Shown piece by piece: positions 20,409-32,774 of a DNA stretch of 64,000 nucleotides. The stretch is taken from NCBI GenBank assembly GCA_963823665.1, contig CAWGMQ010000007.1:960001-1024000 (forward strand), read 5' to 3'. Every line of letters starts with the position of its first letter. Position 1 is the stretch's first letter. The notes below the pieces were generated by a model. That model saw nothing but the letters and a program-made list of their open reading frames with translations, did no database searches and had not been told where the DNA came from. The position numbers and the translations under genes were made by a program. This DNA comes from an uncultured Planctomycetota bacterium. Its GTDB lineage: Bacteria > Planctomycetota > Planctomycetia > Isosphaerales > Isosphaeraceae.

Positions 20409-21795
20409 TCATGCGCCGGCTGCGTTCGGGGCGCAGCACGCTCGCGGCGGGTGAGAGGCACGAGCGGTGCGAGTAAGGCGCCGCAGTCCGGCGGCGAGGA
20501 GGGCGAGCAGGCAGTGGCCGGCGGTCAGGAACGGGTCAACGTAGATCGGTGTCCGTGCGCTTTCCACGGAGGTGATGAGGAGCACGCCGTCTCGGATGCT
20601 GTAGGCGAGGTCGAGCTGGGCGAGGTAAAGTCGCAGGGTCGTCTTGAGCGGGACGCCGTCGAGGTTGATCGTGCCGCTGGACGTCATGGTCTTGTCGGCT
20701 TCTGAAATGCCGATCGGGTCGGCGTAGATGGGGATGCCCTTGCCGTCGGGGCCGCGTGTCGTCTGCTCAACGTATTTCAGGACGTGTTCGAGCGGCGTCT
20801 CGATGCGGAAATGCATCGGCACGGGCTGCTCGAGCGCCCGCCAGATGCGCAAGTTTGCTGCTGCGGTGCCGCTCCAGGAGGATGGCAGGCCGCCCACACC
20901 GGAAGGAAACCAGCCGCGGATGGCGTGGAGCAGTTGTTCGGTAGGAAGCTGTGGCACCAGAGTATCCATGTCAGGGTGACGGCCGAAGGCGAGGGTCATG
21001 TAGCCGGAGCCCATGAGCGCGGCTCCGAGCCAGATCTGGCGGCGGCTACCTTGCTCGCCGGCGGCGCCCAGGATGGTCAGGCCCAGCAGCGCACATGTCG
21101 ACAGGAAGGTCGCGCCGGCCCAGAAGTCCGGGGCCGATGTGGAGAGGAACGCGACGAAACTCATGGCAACCACGCAGGCTGCCAGCCCGAGGATTGCCGA
21201 CCAGAGCCGCCGGCGCGGGGAAGTTGGAGGTAGGGCGCTCATTTCGACGTTGGGCTGATCGGCATTTTTCTTGCGGCCGCCGAAGAGCAGGGTCGAGAGC
21301 GTGCCGCCGAGCAGGGCGGCGAGCAGGGCCCAGAGGCAGTGGGCGATCTGCCGGAGGACGTGGTCTGGAGGAGGGCTGGGCGGCCCGCCGCCGAACCCGC
21401 CGGCAATCATGCCTGTCATCTGGAGACCGGCGCTTCGCATTCCACCGAGGCCTCCCATGCCGCCTCCCATGCCACCCATGCCTCCGCTGAAATGGGCTTT
21501 CGCGCCGAGCCGCGTTCCGATTGCGTCGAGCAGAGCCATCGTGGGCAGATCGAAGGAGGTCCAGAACGCCAGAAACAGGTAGCCCCAGCCGAAGAGCGCG
21601 AAGCCGAGCCACCAGGCGCGCTCGGAATCGCCGCGGCAGACGACGCCGACGATCGCGAGGCAGAGCACGGCACATGTTAATAGAAACGTCGCGCCCGCCC
21701 AGGTTCTCGGAGGCGTTGCGAAAGGCCGCCAGGCTGAGCGCGATGACGAGGACGGCCGCCATTAACCCTGCGATCGGAAAGCGGACCTTGCGCAT
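20409..21795 (-). CDS. Planctomycete-type multi-pass membrane protein with an internal duplication and an STN-like domain (frameshift near 21700)
   Basis: MRKVRFPIAGLMAAVLVIA leader; two (W)AGATFL..C...RAWWLGFALFGWGYL / QIWLGAALMGSGYM units; ETPLEHVL.....LDGVPLKTTLRLYLAQLDLAYSIRDGVLLITS. Confidence 0.7.
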
Positions 21796-22289
21796 GATCA
21801 GGCCCTCCGCGAGCGCCGGCAAGGGAGTTGCGCGCTGGGTGAGCGGGAACGCCAACGTTGCCGCGCTGGTCCGGCTCCCCAACGCCCTCAGACGTGTATG
21901 CTCCGGAACTTATTCGGACATCGCCCGCTTTGTATCCTTTCAAGTGATGGCACCAGGATGTTGCCGGGTCGCGGGCTGGCTGCTAGTCTATGCCGTTCGA
22001 GTCGTCACGAGGGTGCTCATCGCGGCGCGGCTCTGCGAGTTTGCGCTGCACTGAGTTTCTTCGATCCGGGAATGCCGGGTGGCTGGTTTCTCAAGAACGG
22101 GAATGGGCGGCGAGACGGCCGCATTGGATTTCGTCCAGAACTTGAAACTCTCTCGAGACTTAGGTATCTCTCCATGTTCTGTGTGATCACGGCATCGACT
22201 TTGCCTTTAGAAAGTGCCGCCCGTAGACGATTCGTTCCGCGCGCGTTGACTGGGATGCATGGTGGTTTTCGGGAAGGCAGCGCTGATTG

Positions 22290-23531
22290 ATGGCGAAACG
22301 TCTTAGCACCAAGGAAATTCTCGAAGCGGCCCGTAGAGGTGGGGCGGCGAAGCCGGCTGAGGAAGCCGCGCCTGCTACGGAACCGGCCGAGGACGCCGCA
22401 GAGGCTGTGGCCGCGGCGGAAGCATCCGAGCCGGCGGAAGCGGCGGCGGCCAATGTGCCGACGCCGTCATCGCTGGGGAGGCCGCTGACGCTGAAAGAGA
22501 AGCTGGCGGCGGCGAGGGCGGGGGGTGCACCAGCACCAGCGCCTGCTGCTGCGCCTGCCCCGAAAGCGCCTGCTGCGGCCAAGGCGGCTCCGGTTGCGGC
22601 GGAAGAGCCGGCCGAGGAAGCCGCGCCTGCGGAAGCAGCGAAGACCGTACCGGCGCCTGCCAAGCCGCTGGGGCGGCCGATGACTTTGGCGGAGAAGCTG
22701 GCGGCGGCGCGCGGTGGAGGAGGCGGGGCGGCTCCGGCCGCGGCTTCCGGGGCGGCCAAACCGACGGCTGCCAAAGCGCCTGCGGCCGCGGCCAAGACGG
22801 CAGCGCGGGCCCTGCCGCCGCTCGAGAAGATGAGCGATCCTCGCGATCTGGCCGAGGCGGCTCGCCAGGCGTCTGCCAAGAAGGCCAAGGAGATTGCCGC
22901 GGAGGCGGCGGCGAAAGCACCGCCCAAGCCGGCCGCGAAGGCGCCGGCCAAGCCGCAGACCGTCCCGCCCAAGCCGACACGCGAGCTGGCCGGTGCCGGT
23001 GCGACGGCCGGGGCGCAGCAGGCGAGTCGCCGCAATTTCTTGACCAGCACCATGACATGGATCATCGCGGGCTGGTTCACGTTCACGGCGGCACTCTCGG
23101 CCATGACGCTGATGACGGTGCGGTTCATGTTCCCGAACGTGCTGGCCGAGCCGCCCACCACGATCAAGATCGGTCTTCCGTCGCAGTTCGATGCCGAGGA
23201 TGTCAGCGACCGGTACAAGGCCGAGTGGGGATTCTGGGTCGTGCGGTCAACCCGGTACAACGGACAGGACATCCTGTACGCGCTTCAGTCGATCTGCACG
23301 CACCTTGGCTGCCCGCCCAACTGGCTGGCGGCCGAGCAGAAATTCAAGTGCCCGTGCCACGGCAGCGGTTTTTACATCTCGGGAATCAACTTCGAGGGCC
23401 CGGCGCCCCGGCCGCTCGAACGGTTCAAGGTGTTGCTCGCCGACGACGGGCAGATCATCGTCGACAAGAGCCAGAAGTTCCAGGAAGAGCTGAAGCAATG
23501 GACTGACCCGGACAGTTTTATTCCGGTTTGA
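22290..23531 (+). CDS. Rieske [2Fe-2S] subunit of a cytochrome bc complex with a long Ala/Pro/Lys-rich N-terminal extension
   Basis: Tat-like SRRNFL plus TM helix; CTHLGC and CPCHGSGF boxes; GPAPRPL. Confidence 0.95.
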   Translation: MAKRLSTKEILEAARRGGAAKPAEEAAPATEPAEDAAEAVAAAEASEPAEAAAANVPTPSSLGRPLTLKEKLAAARAGGAPAPAPAAAPAPKAPAAAKAAPVAAEEPAEEAAPAEAAKTVPAPAKPLGRPMTLAEKLAAARGGGGGAAPAAASGAAKPTAAKAPAAAAKTAARALPPLEKMSDPRDLAEAARQASAKKAKEIAAEAAAKAPPKPAAKAPAKPQTVPPKPTRELAGAGATAGAQQASRRNFLTSTMTWIIAGWFTFTAALSAMTLMTVRFMFPNVLAEPPTTIKIGLPSQFDAEDVSDRYKAEWGFWVVRSTRYNGQDILYALQSICTHLGCPPNWLAAEQKFKCPCHGSGFYISGINFEGPAPRPLERFKVLLADDGQIIVDKSQKFQEELKQWTDPDSFIPV

Positions 23532-23658
23532 TCTCGACCGGCTTGATCTCGATCGATTTGCGAAGAGTGTGAGCCGGCAGGGAGCTCGACTGCCCGGTTC
23601 AAAACGCAGCCGAGCAGAACATCACGCCTTGCAGGAAAGCATCCGAGAGAAATCGCCC

Positions 23659-24432
23659 ATGCGGATCATGGAATACATCGCGGAGACCCAGCTCTGGAAG
23701 AGTGTCTTCCGGCACCCGATGCCGACCGACCGGCGCAACCGGGTGGTGGTGATGCTCACCAACTTTTTCCTGCACCTCCATCCGGTGAGCGTGCGCAAGC
23801 AGGGGATCGCGCTTTCGTACACGTGGTGCATGGGAGGGACGACGTTCTTCCTGTTCATCGTCGAGACGGTCACCGGCGTGCTGCTGATGTTCTATTACCG
23901 GCCGACACTCGAGCATGCGTATAACGACATCCTGGCGCTGCGCGACGTGACCACGCTCGGGATCCTCCGCGAGCTGCATCGCTGGGGGGCGCACGCGATG
24001 GTGATTGCAGTCTGGCTGCACATGTACCGTGTGTTCTTGACCGGGAGCTACAAGCCGCCGCGCGAATTCAACTGGGGGGTCGGCGTGATCCTGCTGGTGC
24101 TCACGCTCTTGCTGTCGTTCACGGGTTACTTGCTGCCCTGGGACCAGCTTGCGATCTGGGCCATCACGGTGGGCTCGAACATGGCGCGGGCGACGCCGGG
24201 ACTGGGGGTGGAAGGCCCGGGGGCGTCGATGCTGGCGTTAAACGGCGTCAAGCTGATCACGCCGGCGTCGGACGCGAAGTTCGCGCTCCTGGGGGGCCGG
24301 GCCGTGGGCGAGATGACGCTGAACCGGTTTTACGTTCTGCACTGTGTGGCAATACCGCTGGCCGCGGCGCTGCTCATCATGATTCACTTCTGGCGAGTGC
24401 GCAAGGACGGCGGGATCAGCGGGCCGATGTGA
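23659..24432 (+). CDS. Cytochrome b6-like subunit (N-terminal half of a split cytochrome b)
   Basis: [61 protein letters not shown]; all four heme His present. Confidence 0.95.
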   Translation: MRIMEYIAETQLWKSVFRHPMPTDRRNRVVVMLTNFFLHLHPVSVRKQGIALSYTWCMGGTTFFLFIVETVTGVLLMFYYRPTLEHAYNDILALRDVTTLGILRELHRWGAHAMVIAVWLHMYRVFLTGSYKPPREFNWGVGVILLVLTLLLSFTGYLLPWDQLAIWAITVGSNMARATPGLGVEGPGASMLALNGVKLITPASDAKFALLGGRAVGEMTLNRFYVLHCVAIPLAAALLIMIHFWRVRKDGGISGPM

Positions 24433-24457
24433 TTGCGGCGGGTTTGAGGCAATACTC

Positions 24458-26049
24458 ATGCATCATCCAGATTTGTCGGGACCAGTGCTGGCTGGGCTGG
24501 CGTGGTACTACCTGCTGGCCGCGATGATGAACGCGGCTGCCGCAGCCTATGTCGCATACGGCGAGATGGTCTCGCCGGGGGCATCGCGGCTGGGACTGGC
24601 GCCCAAGACACGGCGGATGCCGGGGTGGCTGGTCGGCAGCTTCTTCGCGCTATACGGCCTGGCGTTCGTGCTGGTTCTGTTTCGCGAGGCGCTGCCGGGT
24701 GCGCTCAAGGTTGTATACGCCTTGTGTGCGGCGGCGAATGCGCTCCTGGCCGTGTTCGCCGGTGCGGATGCCGCGCATTTCGCGGAGTTGAAAGCGCACG
24801 GCCACGGCGAAGGCGACCCGAGCAACCCGCCGAGCCTGGACGATCACCAGCCGGCCGTCGGGCTGGGGGGGCCGATCAATCGCACGCTCTGGACGCTGAT
24901 CTGGAGCGTGTGCGCCGTGATTTTCCAGGCGATGGGGATCACTTACCTGCTGGGAGGCGAGATCTTCCTGCCGCAGTTCGCGCGTGATGCGGTGGACTTC
25001 GTCGCCGGGCCGACCACGTTCTTCGTGGGGGCGACACTGGCCTTCGCGGCGTTCCTGCGGTTCAGGCGGTTCTTCGCCAACGGGCTGGTCGGGTGGGCGA
25101 TGGTGAACCTGTTCCTGCTCTATTTCGGTCTCTCCATGACCGACTACGATTTCCGCGACATCGTCACCAAGCCCGACAATGTGCCGATCGTCGGCCTGCT
25201 CATTCTGGTCGGATACTTCTACTGGTTTGCGCAGCGGCGGGCTGTGATCAACGACGCTCGGACTCGACCAGGGCCAGCCGACGCTCGAGCATCTCGAGCC
25301 GGAGAAGACCCTGTGCTGGCCCGACCTGGTTTACACCGAGCTGATCTGCATGGTCGTGTGGACGATCGTGCTGGTGGTCTGGGGGATCGCGCTGCGGGCG
25401 CCGCTCGAACAACCGGCCAGCTCCACGGTGGCGCCGAACCCTTCGAAGGCGCCGTGGTATTTCCTGGGTCTTCAGGAGATGCTGGTTTACTTCGATCCGT
25501 GGATCGCGGGCGTGCTGCTTCCCAGCCTGATCATCGTGGGCTTGATCGCGATTCCGTACATCGACACGAACAAGAGCGGCAACGGCTATTACTCGTACAA
25601 AGACCGCAAGTTTGCCTACATCACGTTTCAGTACGGGTTCGTGGTGCTCTGGGTCGTGCTCGATCCTGCTGGGCACCTTCCTGCGCGGGCCCAACTGGAA
25701 TTTCTTCGGCCCCTATGAGTTCTGGGACCTGCACAAGGTGATTCCGCTCAACAACGTGCAGCTTTCGGACATGCTGTGGATCCAGATGATGGGGACGTCG
25801 AAGCCCCAGAACTACTTCGTCCGGGAGTTTGCCGGAATCTTGATTGTTCTGGGCTACTTCCTGATCACGCCGTACTTGATGTACGTGTTCTTCTTCAAGA
25901 AGTATGCGAAGGAAGCGGGCATGCTTCGCTTCATCACGCTGTCGATCTTGATCCTGTTCATGGCGTCGCTGCCGATCAAGATGGTGTTGCGGTGGACGAT
26001 CAACCTGAAGTACATCGTGGCCATTCCCGAGTTATTCTTTAATATCTAG
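24458..26049 (+). CDS. Subunit IV-like protein with extra N-terminal membrane segments (frameshifts near 25270 and 25660)
   Basis: KPDNVPIV, WPDLVYTELICM, APLEQPA...APNPSKAPWYFLGLQEMLVYFDPW, IPYID, GTFLRGPNWNFF. Confidence 0.88.
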
Positions 26050-26088
26050 TCGTTCTTCCATATCCAGGCGAACCGAGATTCAAACACG

Positions 26089-29000
26089 ATGCCGGCAACC
26101 GAGGAAACCTACAGACACCAACCGATCTTGCATCTGGTCTTCGCGATCTCATCGATCGCGATGCTGCTGGTGACGATCTGGATGGTGATGGCCGACCACC
26201 TTCGCCCCTGGAAGGGCGTCCAGCGCGAGTTTCAACGGGTCGAGCGGGAGAAACTCAAGGTGTCGGAGCAGGAGAAGCAGGAGGAGCTCGACACCAAATA
26301 CAAGAGCCAGCTTGACGGCATTGATGCCAAGATCGAGGCGGCGAGCAAGGCGGCGGAGGAGCATGCCGCGCGGCTGCGGACGGTTGATAACGAGCTCTCC
26401 ACGCTTGATGGCGATAAAGAGCGGCTCGACATGGCGAAGCGGTTTGCGAAGACGGAGCTCGACAGCAAGCGCAGTCTTTACGACGGCATGATCGACCGTG
26501 GGGAGGATCGTGGGGCGAGAGAGTATCTTGCGGGCGTAGTGGCCGATGCCGAGAAAGCGCTTCTGGACCGATCCAAGGACTTTGAGGCCGCGCTGGCCAA
26601 GTACGACGCCAAGAAGAACGAGAAGGAGACGCTGCTGGGCAATGTGACTGTGCTCGAGAAGGAGAAGGAGGGACTCCGGCGCGAGTTCGAGCGTGTGCAG
26701 CGGCTGATCAAGCAGAAAGACGACCTGTACGGGCTCGGCGGCATGTGGGCCAGTGCCAATGCGTTCCTCCGGGACCTGCCGGGCATCGACATCATGGCGC
26801 CGACCAAGATCCAGCAGATCAGCCTGCCCGAGCTCTTGATCAACTACAATTTCAAGGAAGTTCCTCGGTACGACCGCTGCCAGACCTGTCACCAGGGGAT
26901 CGACAAGCTCGGCTATGAAACGACAGCCGACGGCAAGGAGATGCCGACCGTCTACAAGACGCACCCGTTCTTCACGAGCGGTGCGACGTACATCGACCCG
27001 CGCGGCAAATCGATGAAGGCGGGACTTTACCTGGATGCGAACGGTCCGCACCCGATCAACAGCTTCGGCTGCACGATCTGCCACGCCGGCCAGGGATCGG
27101 GGACCGACTTCACGTTTGCCTCGCACACGCCCGACTCACTCAAGCAAGCCGAAGATTGGAAGAAGGACCACGGGTGGGAGGATTTCCACTTCTGGGACTT
27201 CCCGATGCCTCCCGACCGGTTCATCGAGTCGCAGGTTGCTTGAAGTGTCACACGCGGATCACGGATATTCCGCAGGCGACCAAGCTGCAGGCCGGGTATC
27301 AGCGGATTGCCAAGTTCGGGTGCACCGGGTGCCACCAGATCGGCGGCGAGGGAGCCACGGGAGGTCCGGACCTTTCCGACGAGCGCCAGGTCGGCCCCAA
27401 CCTCTCGCACATCGCGGCCAAGGATTCGAAGGACTGGGTGGTGAAGTGGATTGCCAACCCGCATGCGTTCCGCCCCGATTCGCGAATGCCGCGGTTTTAC
27501 GGGCTGACGAACAATGGTGCGGAGGAAGACCGGGCCAAGAACTTCGCGGAGATCTACGCGATCACGCACTACCTCTACGTCAAGAGCACACCGCCTCCGG
27601 ATTTCACCGATCCTCCGGCGGCGACAGACAAGGCCAAGGGCAGGGATCTATTCCTGCAGAAGGGCTGCCTGGCCTGCCATCAGCATCGGCCTTACACGGA
27701 TGAAGACATCCGGCGGCCCAACAAGCTGGCCGAGAAGAATCCGGCCTACAAGGTGGACGTGGCGCTCACATTCGACCCGACGACCTTCCCGCCCGCGGTG
27801 CAGCAGAATGCATTGGCTGATTTCGGGCCGAACCTCTCGAACATGGCCGCCAAGTTTGCGAGCAAGGGGCAGGGGCTCAAATGGCTCTCGAACTGGATCC
27901 AGGCGCCGGAGCGATATCACCCCAAGAGCTTGATGCCGAACCTGCAGCTCACGTCCGAGGAGGCAGGGCACATCGCGAGCTGGATCTTGTCGGGGACCGA
28001 GGAGTGGCCGGTGAAGGTGGAGGTGCTGCCGGCGGAAAGCAAGGAAGTGACGCGCGGCCCTGGACGAGCTGGTGAAGCTGTATGTTTCCAAGAGCGGCAG
28101 CTTCAAGACGGCAGACGGCAAGTCGATCGTCAAGTCGCTCAGCGAGCTTGACGAATTCGTCGAGAAGGAGCTGAAGCCCGAGGACAAGCTGTTGTACCTG
28201 GGCGAGCGGACGATCTCGCGGCTGGGCTGCTTCGGCTGCCACACGATACCCGGCTTCGAGAACGCCAAGCCGATCGGCACGGCGCTCAACGACTGGGGAG
28301 TGAAGAACCCGGCCCGGCTGGAATATGGACATATCGCCGAATATCTTGCGGACCAGCCTCAGGACACGGAGAAGGCTCGTGACGGCACCGATCTCTTCTA
28401 CCAGGAGAAGATCACGCACGAGACCCGGATGGGGTTCCTGTACCAGAAGCTGCACCGGCCGCGGAGCTATGACTACAAGAAGAAGAGCGAGAAATACAAG
28501 ACGTGGGACGACCGGCTGCGCATGCCCCAGTTTGCCTGGGCGAATGATCCCAAGGCGATCGAGGAGGTCATGACGTTCGTGCTGGGCTTGACCGGTGAGA
28601 AGGTCAATTCCAAGTACCTGGCAACCACGAAGACGACACCGGCGAAGACGGCCGTGGCGGAGGGAGCGAAGATCCTGAACCGGTTCAACTGCGACGGCTG
28701 CCACGTGCTGGAGATGCCCAAATTCAAGATTGCCAAGGGGACGAAGGTGGCGGAGGCCATGCCCGATTTCAAGGGCAACCTGATGTCTTCGTACAAGGGC
28801 CGCGCCAACGATTATCTGGCCGAGCTCGATCCGTCGCTCAAATATGACCCCACGAAAAAGCTGGGGGCCAATGAGATCGAGCAGGAGCTGGAGATCGGCA
28901 AGGATGACGGCGAGGAGATCACGATCGAGGGTATGCCGACGGGGCTTTCGGAAAACGAGCTGACCGTGCAGCTCTGGCAGCCGGTGAAGATCCGGGGGTA

Positions 29001-29823
29001 TACGTTCAGCGTGGCGGACAACCTCACGCTCGATCAGACGCGGATCGAGAAGACGCCGGGCAAGGGGGGCGATTTCCCGTTCCTGTACGCGGCGTATCAG
29101 AATGCTAACACCAACGCGCCGGTCGAGACGTTCTGGAACCGGCTGCCTCCGCCGCTGCTGCGTCAAGGTAACAAGGTGCAAACGCCGTGGCTATCGGCGT
29201 TCCTGCACGATCCGCACATGATCCGGCCGGCGGCCCAGTTGCGGATGCCGCGGTTCCATTTCGGGAAGGACGAGAAGGCGAGCTTCAAGGAGGCGGCTGC
29301 GCTGGCCAATTACTTCGCTGCGCGGGATCGGGCTCCGTTCCCGTATCAGTCGATTCCCGAGCAGACTCCGGCCTATATCGAGGAGCGGAAGAAGGCCCAT
29401 CCCGACTACCTCGGGGCGGGCTGGACCATGATGACCAACAAGGCCTCACCGTGCCTGCAGTGTCATGCGATCGGGCAGTTCAAGCCCAGCGGGGGGGCGT
29501 CGGTGGTGAACGGGCCCGACCTGCGGCTGGTTGCTTCGCGGTTCCAGCCGGGGTACCTGGAATCCTGGATTGCCAACCCGCGGCGGATGGTGCCGTACAC
29601 CGCCATGCCGCAGAACATCGCGCCGCACGGGGACATTCAGATTCAGGTTCCCAAGACGTTCGAAAACAAGCCCATCGACATGGTGCGGGCCGTTCGCGAC
29701 ACGCTGCTCAACTACGTCAATGCCGTGGAGCTTCAGCTTGCCTCAACAAGTGCTGCCCCCGTCCCGGCGGGCGGCTCGGCGGCGGCCGGAACGCCGGTCA
29801 AGGCGCCCGGCACTGCTCCTTGA
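26089..29823 (+). CDS. Membrane-anchored multiheme cytochrome c, 8 CxxCH motifs (frameshifts near 27235 and 28050)
   Basis: CQTCH, CTICH, CLKCH, CTGCH, CLACH, CFGCH, CDGCH, CLQCH; N-terminal TM helix and coiled coil; repeated GP.L....W..NP....MP cytochrome c units. Confidence 0.9.
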
Positions 29824-29894
29824 CCTTTGGAAACTCGTCCCAAACTATCGCGCCAGGGGGCAATTCAATTCCTGGTGCCATTCGAGGAGAGGCC

Positions 29895-30857
29895 ATGTTC
29901 ATGTTAGCTCATCTTTTTTCAGGCAAACGGGGATCTGTCGGGCTCGCCTCTGCGCTAATGCTCGCGGCCGGTATTGCCGGCTGCGGAGGGGGGACGCCGA
30001 CGGATTCGAGTGATGTCAACGTGGTGTTGCCGGAGCCGGGTGTGAACGTGTCGTCGTCCAAGGCGGCAGCGCCCGGCGCGGCTTCCGGGAACAATGCCGC
30101 TGCGGCATCGCCGTCCGCGGCGGCCCCGGCGGCGGCGGGGGCACCTGCTGTTGCTTCGGGGTGGGGAACGTTCAAAGGGCGGGTCGTGCTGGACGGTGCG
30201 GCGCCGTCTCCCAAGATTCTTCAGGACAAGGGCAAGGCGGAGAAGGACATCACGGTGTGTGCGGTCGACGCACCGATCGTGTCCGAGAAGCTCGTCGTCG
30301 ATGATGCCAGCAAGGGTGTCAAGAATGTACTGGTCTATTTCCCTCGGCCGTCGGCTGTCAGTGACGACGCCAAGAAGGCAAAGACTGGTAAGACCGTCAC
30401 GTTCGACCAGGCGAAGTGCATCTTCGAGCCGCACGTGCTGGGGATGATGGTGGGTGAGACCGTGGTGCTCAAATCGAGCGACCCCGTGAACCACAACGTG
30501 AACGTGAAGCTCAAGGCTTCGACGTTCAATCAGACGATCGCCGGGGGGCAATCGCAGAAGTACCCGCTCACGGGTTCCGAGCGGACCCCGGGCCAGGTTG
30601 TCTGCGATATTCACCCGTGGATGAGCGCGTGGTGGATGGTTCTCGACAATCCTTATATCACGGTGACGGACAAGGCTGGTAACTTTGAGATCAAGAATGT
30701 GCCTGCCGGAGCGCAGAAGGTTGTCGTCTGGCAGGAATCGGTGAAGGGAGGCGGCTTCGTGACGGCACCTTCGGGAGAAGAGGTCACGATCAAGGCCAAC
30801 GACACGACGGAGAAGGAATTCAAGATTGAGTCGAGCAAGCTGCTTCCCCCGAGCTGA
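29895..30857 (+). CDS. Exported lipoprotein with cupredoxin-like and carboxypeptidase-regulatory-like domains
   Basis: Lipobox-like IAGC; FDQAKCIFEPHV, SSDPVNHNVN, CDIHPWM, TDKAGNFEIKNVPAG. Confidence 0.8.
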   Translation: MFMLAHLFSGKRGSVGLASALMLAAGIAGCGGGTPTDSSDVNVVLPEPGVNVSSSKAAAPGAASGNNAAAASPSAAAPAAAGAPAVASGWGTFKGRVVLDGAAPSPKILQDKGKAEKDITVCAVDAPIVSEKLVVDDASKGVKNVLVYFPRPSAVSDDAKKAKTGKTVTFDQAKCIFEPHVLGMMVGETVVLKSSDPVNHNVNVKLKASTFNQTIAGGQSQKYPLTGSERTPGQVVCDIHPWMSAWWMVLDNPYITVTDKAGNFEIKNVPAGAQKVVVWQESVKGGGFVTAPSGEEVTIKANDTTEKEFKIESSKLLPPS

Positions 30858-30923
30858 GGGCTGTGTCATGAGTGGATCGGTTGCTGTTGCGCGACGGTCG
30901 TGTAAGCTTGGGCACCGGAATGC

Positions 30924-30957
30924 ACCCCCCCTGACCCCCCCTTTTAAAGGGGGGGAA
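30924..30957. repeat. REP-like GC hairpin CCCCCCCTGACCCCCCCTTTTAAAGGGGGGGAA
   Basis: CCCCCCCTTT/AAAGGGGGGG inverted pair in the intergenic space. Confidence 0.6.
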
Positions 30958-30966
30958 GTATGGCGC

Positions 30967-31852
30967 ATGCTCCGCGGGAGGCTATTGGCGCTCGTTAGGA
31001 CTAACGTCTGCGACCAACCACGAGCCGGGTTCACGCGTCGGCTGATCGTTTGGCTCTGCGTGGCGATTCCGCTCTACGCTCCGTTTTCGGCTGCGGCGGC
31101 GGGTACCCCGGCGTGCTTGCTTGCTGGCCGCCGGCGCGGTCGGCCAGGCGGACACCGGGACGATCAAGGGGCGGTTGGTGTGGGGGGATGACAAGATCCC
31201 CGAGATCAAGGAGCTGGTCTCGAAGGGGCAATCTGACGTGAAGGATTCGGCTGTGTGTGCGACGTCGTCGATCAAGTCGCGCGAACTGGTGGTTGACCCG
31301 AAGACCAAGGGGGTTTCGTACGGGGTTGCCTACCTGCTCAGGCCCAAGGGAGATCGCACGGAGCAGGTGAAGGCGCTGCTGGCCAAGAGCCCGAAGGTCG
31401 AGCTCGATCAAAAGAACTGCGAGTTTCAGCCGTATGTTCTGCCGTTCCACAAGGACCAGAAGCTGGTGATCAAGTCGAGCGACCCGATCGGGCACAACGT
31501 GCGGTTCACGGGGTTTAACAATACGGGCGTGAACACGATGGTCGCGCCCAACGGCGTGTTCAACGTTCCCGCTCTCGAGGGCGAGACGCGCCCCATGAAG
31601 CTTCAATGTGATATTCACAATTGGATGACAGGTTACCTGCTGGTGCTGGACCATCCGTTCTTCGCGACCACGGCTGTGGACGGCTCGTTCGAGATCAAGG
31701 GTGTTCCGGCTGGAAGCCAGAACCTGATCGTCTGGCACCATACCGGGTATGCCAATCCGGGCCTGGGACGGGGAATGCCGGTCACGGTGAAGGCGGGTGA
31801 GACGACCGACGTGGGCGAGATCAAGATGGACCCGGCCACCAGGATCAAATGA
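30967..31852 (+). CDS. Second cupredoxin/carboxypeptidase-regulatory-like exported protein (frameshift near 31115; start uncertain)
   Basis: GTIKGRLVW, LDQKNCEFQPYV, SSDPIGHNV, CDIHNWM, DGSFEIKGVPAG; paralog of the upstream gene. Confidence 0.78.
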
Positions 31853-32036
31853 CGGCGACTTTCGTGGCGTTATCGGGTCGGCCGCGTGCTCCAGCTCATG
31901 GGTTTGCTCATCTTGCCGTTTGCGATTGCGTCGGAGCTCGATGGAGAAGGTGCACCTGGGGCAGTCGATGCTGATTGCCGCGGGGGGTGCTGTGCTCTTT
32001 TACATGGGAGTGCAGCTTCAGCGGCGCGGGATGTAG
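31849..32036 (+). CDS. Small two-TM membrane protein (frameshifted)
   Basis: LQLMGLLILPFAIASEL / MEKVHLGQSMLIAAGGAVLFYMGVQLQ; ATGA overlap with the upstream gene. Confidence 0.6.
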
Positions 32037-32059
32037 GGAAAAGGTTCCTGACACCTTTT
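32036..32059 (+). repeat. 24-nt hairpin repeat GGGAAAAGGTTCCTGACACCTTTT, copy 1
   Basis: Identical to 35457-35480; stem AAAAGGT/ACCTTTT. Confidence 0.9.
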
Positions 32060-32605
32060 TCAGTGGCAGTCCGAATAGCCGCCCAATTTTCCGCAGTGGC
32101 GGCAGCGAAAGATGTATGCCGTCGGGCCATGATCCCGGTGCAGCGCCTGGAAATAGGAATCCCATTCCTCCCCGTCGTAGCCGCACTCCTCGTGGATTGC
32201 GGCGGTCGCCGCGGCACCGAGGGCTTCGAGCTCCGGTTTACCGACGATTGCCAGGAACTCGGCGGCATCGCCGCAGTGGGTGAACCAACGCTCCTGTTGC
32301 CACCCGGTGAAGCCTGGCGTGCGATAGGCGACCTCTTCCACCACCGTGCGCGGCACCTTTTCCCAGACTCCATAGCCGCCGACACCGCTCGCATCGGCGA
32401 ATTCAACGCCAAGCTTCTCGTGGGCCGTCCCGTCGGCGATGCACCATGGGCAGATTGCCTCACCGTAATCTTCCTCGCCGCCATAAACGGGGCCGGTGTA
32501 GATGAGGCCGCGGGCCCGACCGCATCCCTTACAGGTGGCTTCCGATGGCTTGACGCTGCCTGTGGCGATCGGGTCGGGATGGTAGCGGAATGAAGGTGAT
32601 GTCAT
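32060..32605 (-). CDS. CbrC/UPF0167 family protein
   Basis: FRYHPDPIATG, CKGCG..R..IYTGPVY, ICPWCIADG.A, RTPGF.GWQQERW..HCGDA..F, YIFRCRHCG. Confidence 0.92.
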   Translation of the reverse strand: MTSPSFRYHPDPIATGSVKPSEATCKGCGRARGLIYTGPVYGGEEDYGEAICPWCIADGTAHEKLGVEFADASGVGGYGVWEKVPRTVVEEVAYRTPGFTGWQQERWFTHCGDAAEFLAIVGKPELEALGAAATAAIHEECGYDGEEWDSYFQALHRDHGPTAYIFRCRHCGKLGGYSDCH

Positions 32606-32774
32606 GGTGGAGTGCCCCGGAAGAAGGGGGTCGGAAATTGGTGATGCAGTCAGGCAGCGGCGAGCCCTCGACACTTTGATATAATGTGCCCGCACTAACG
32701 GACGCAAGCGGCGACTGTCCCGTTCTGGGCTATCCCGGCCGAGCGTGGGTGCGTTTAAAGGCTCGAAGGACACA

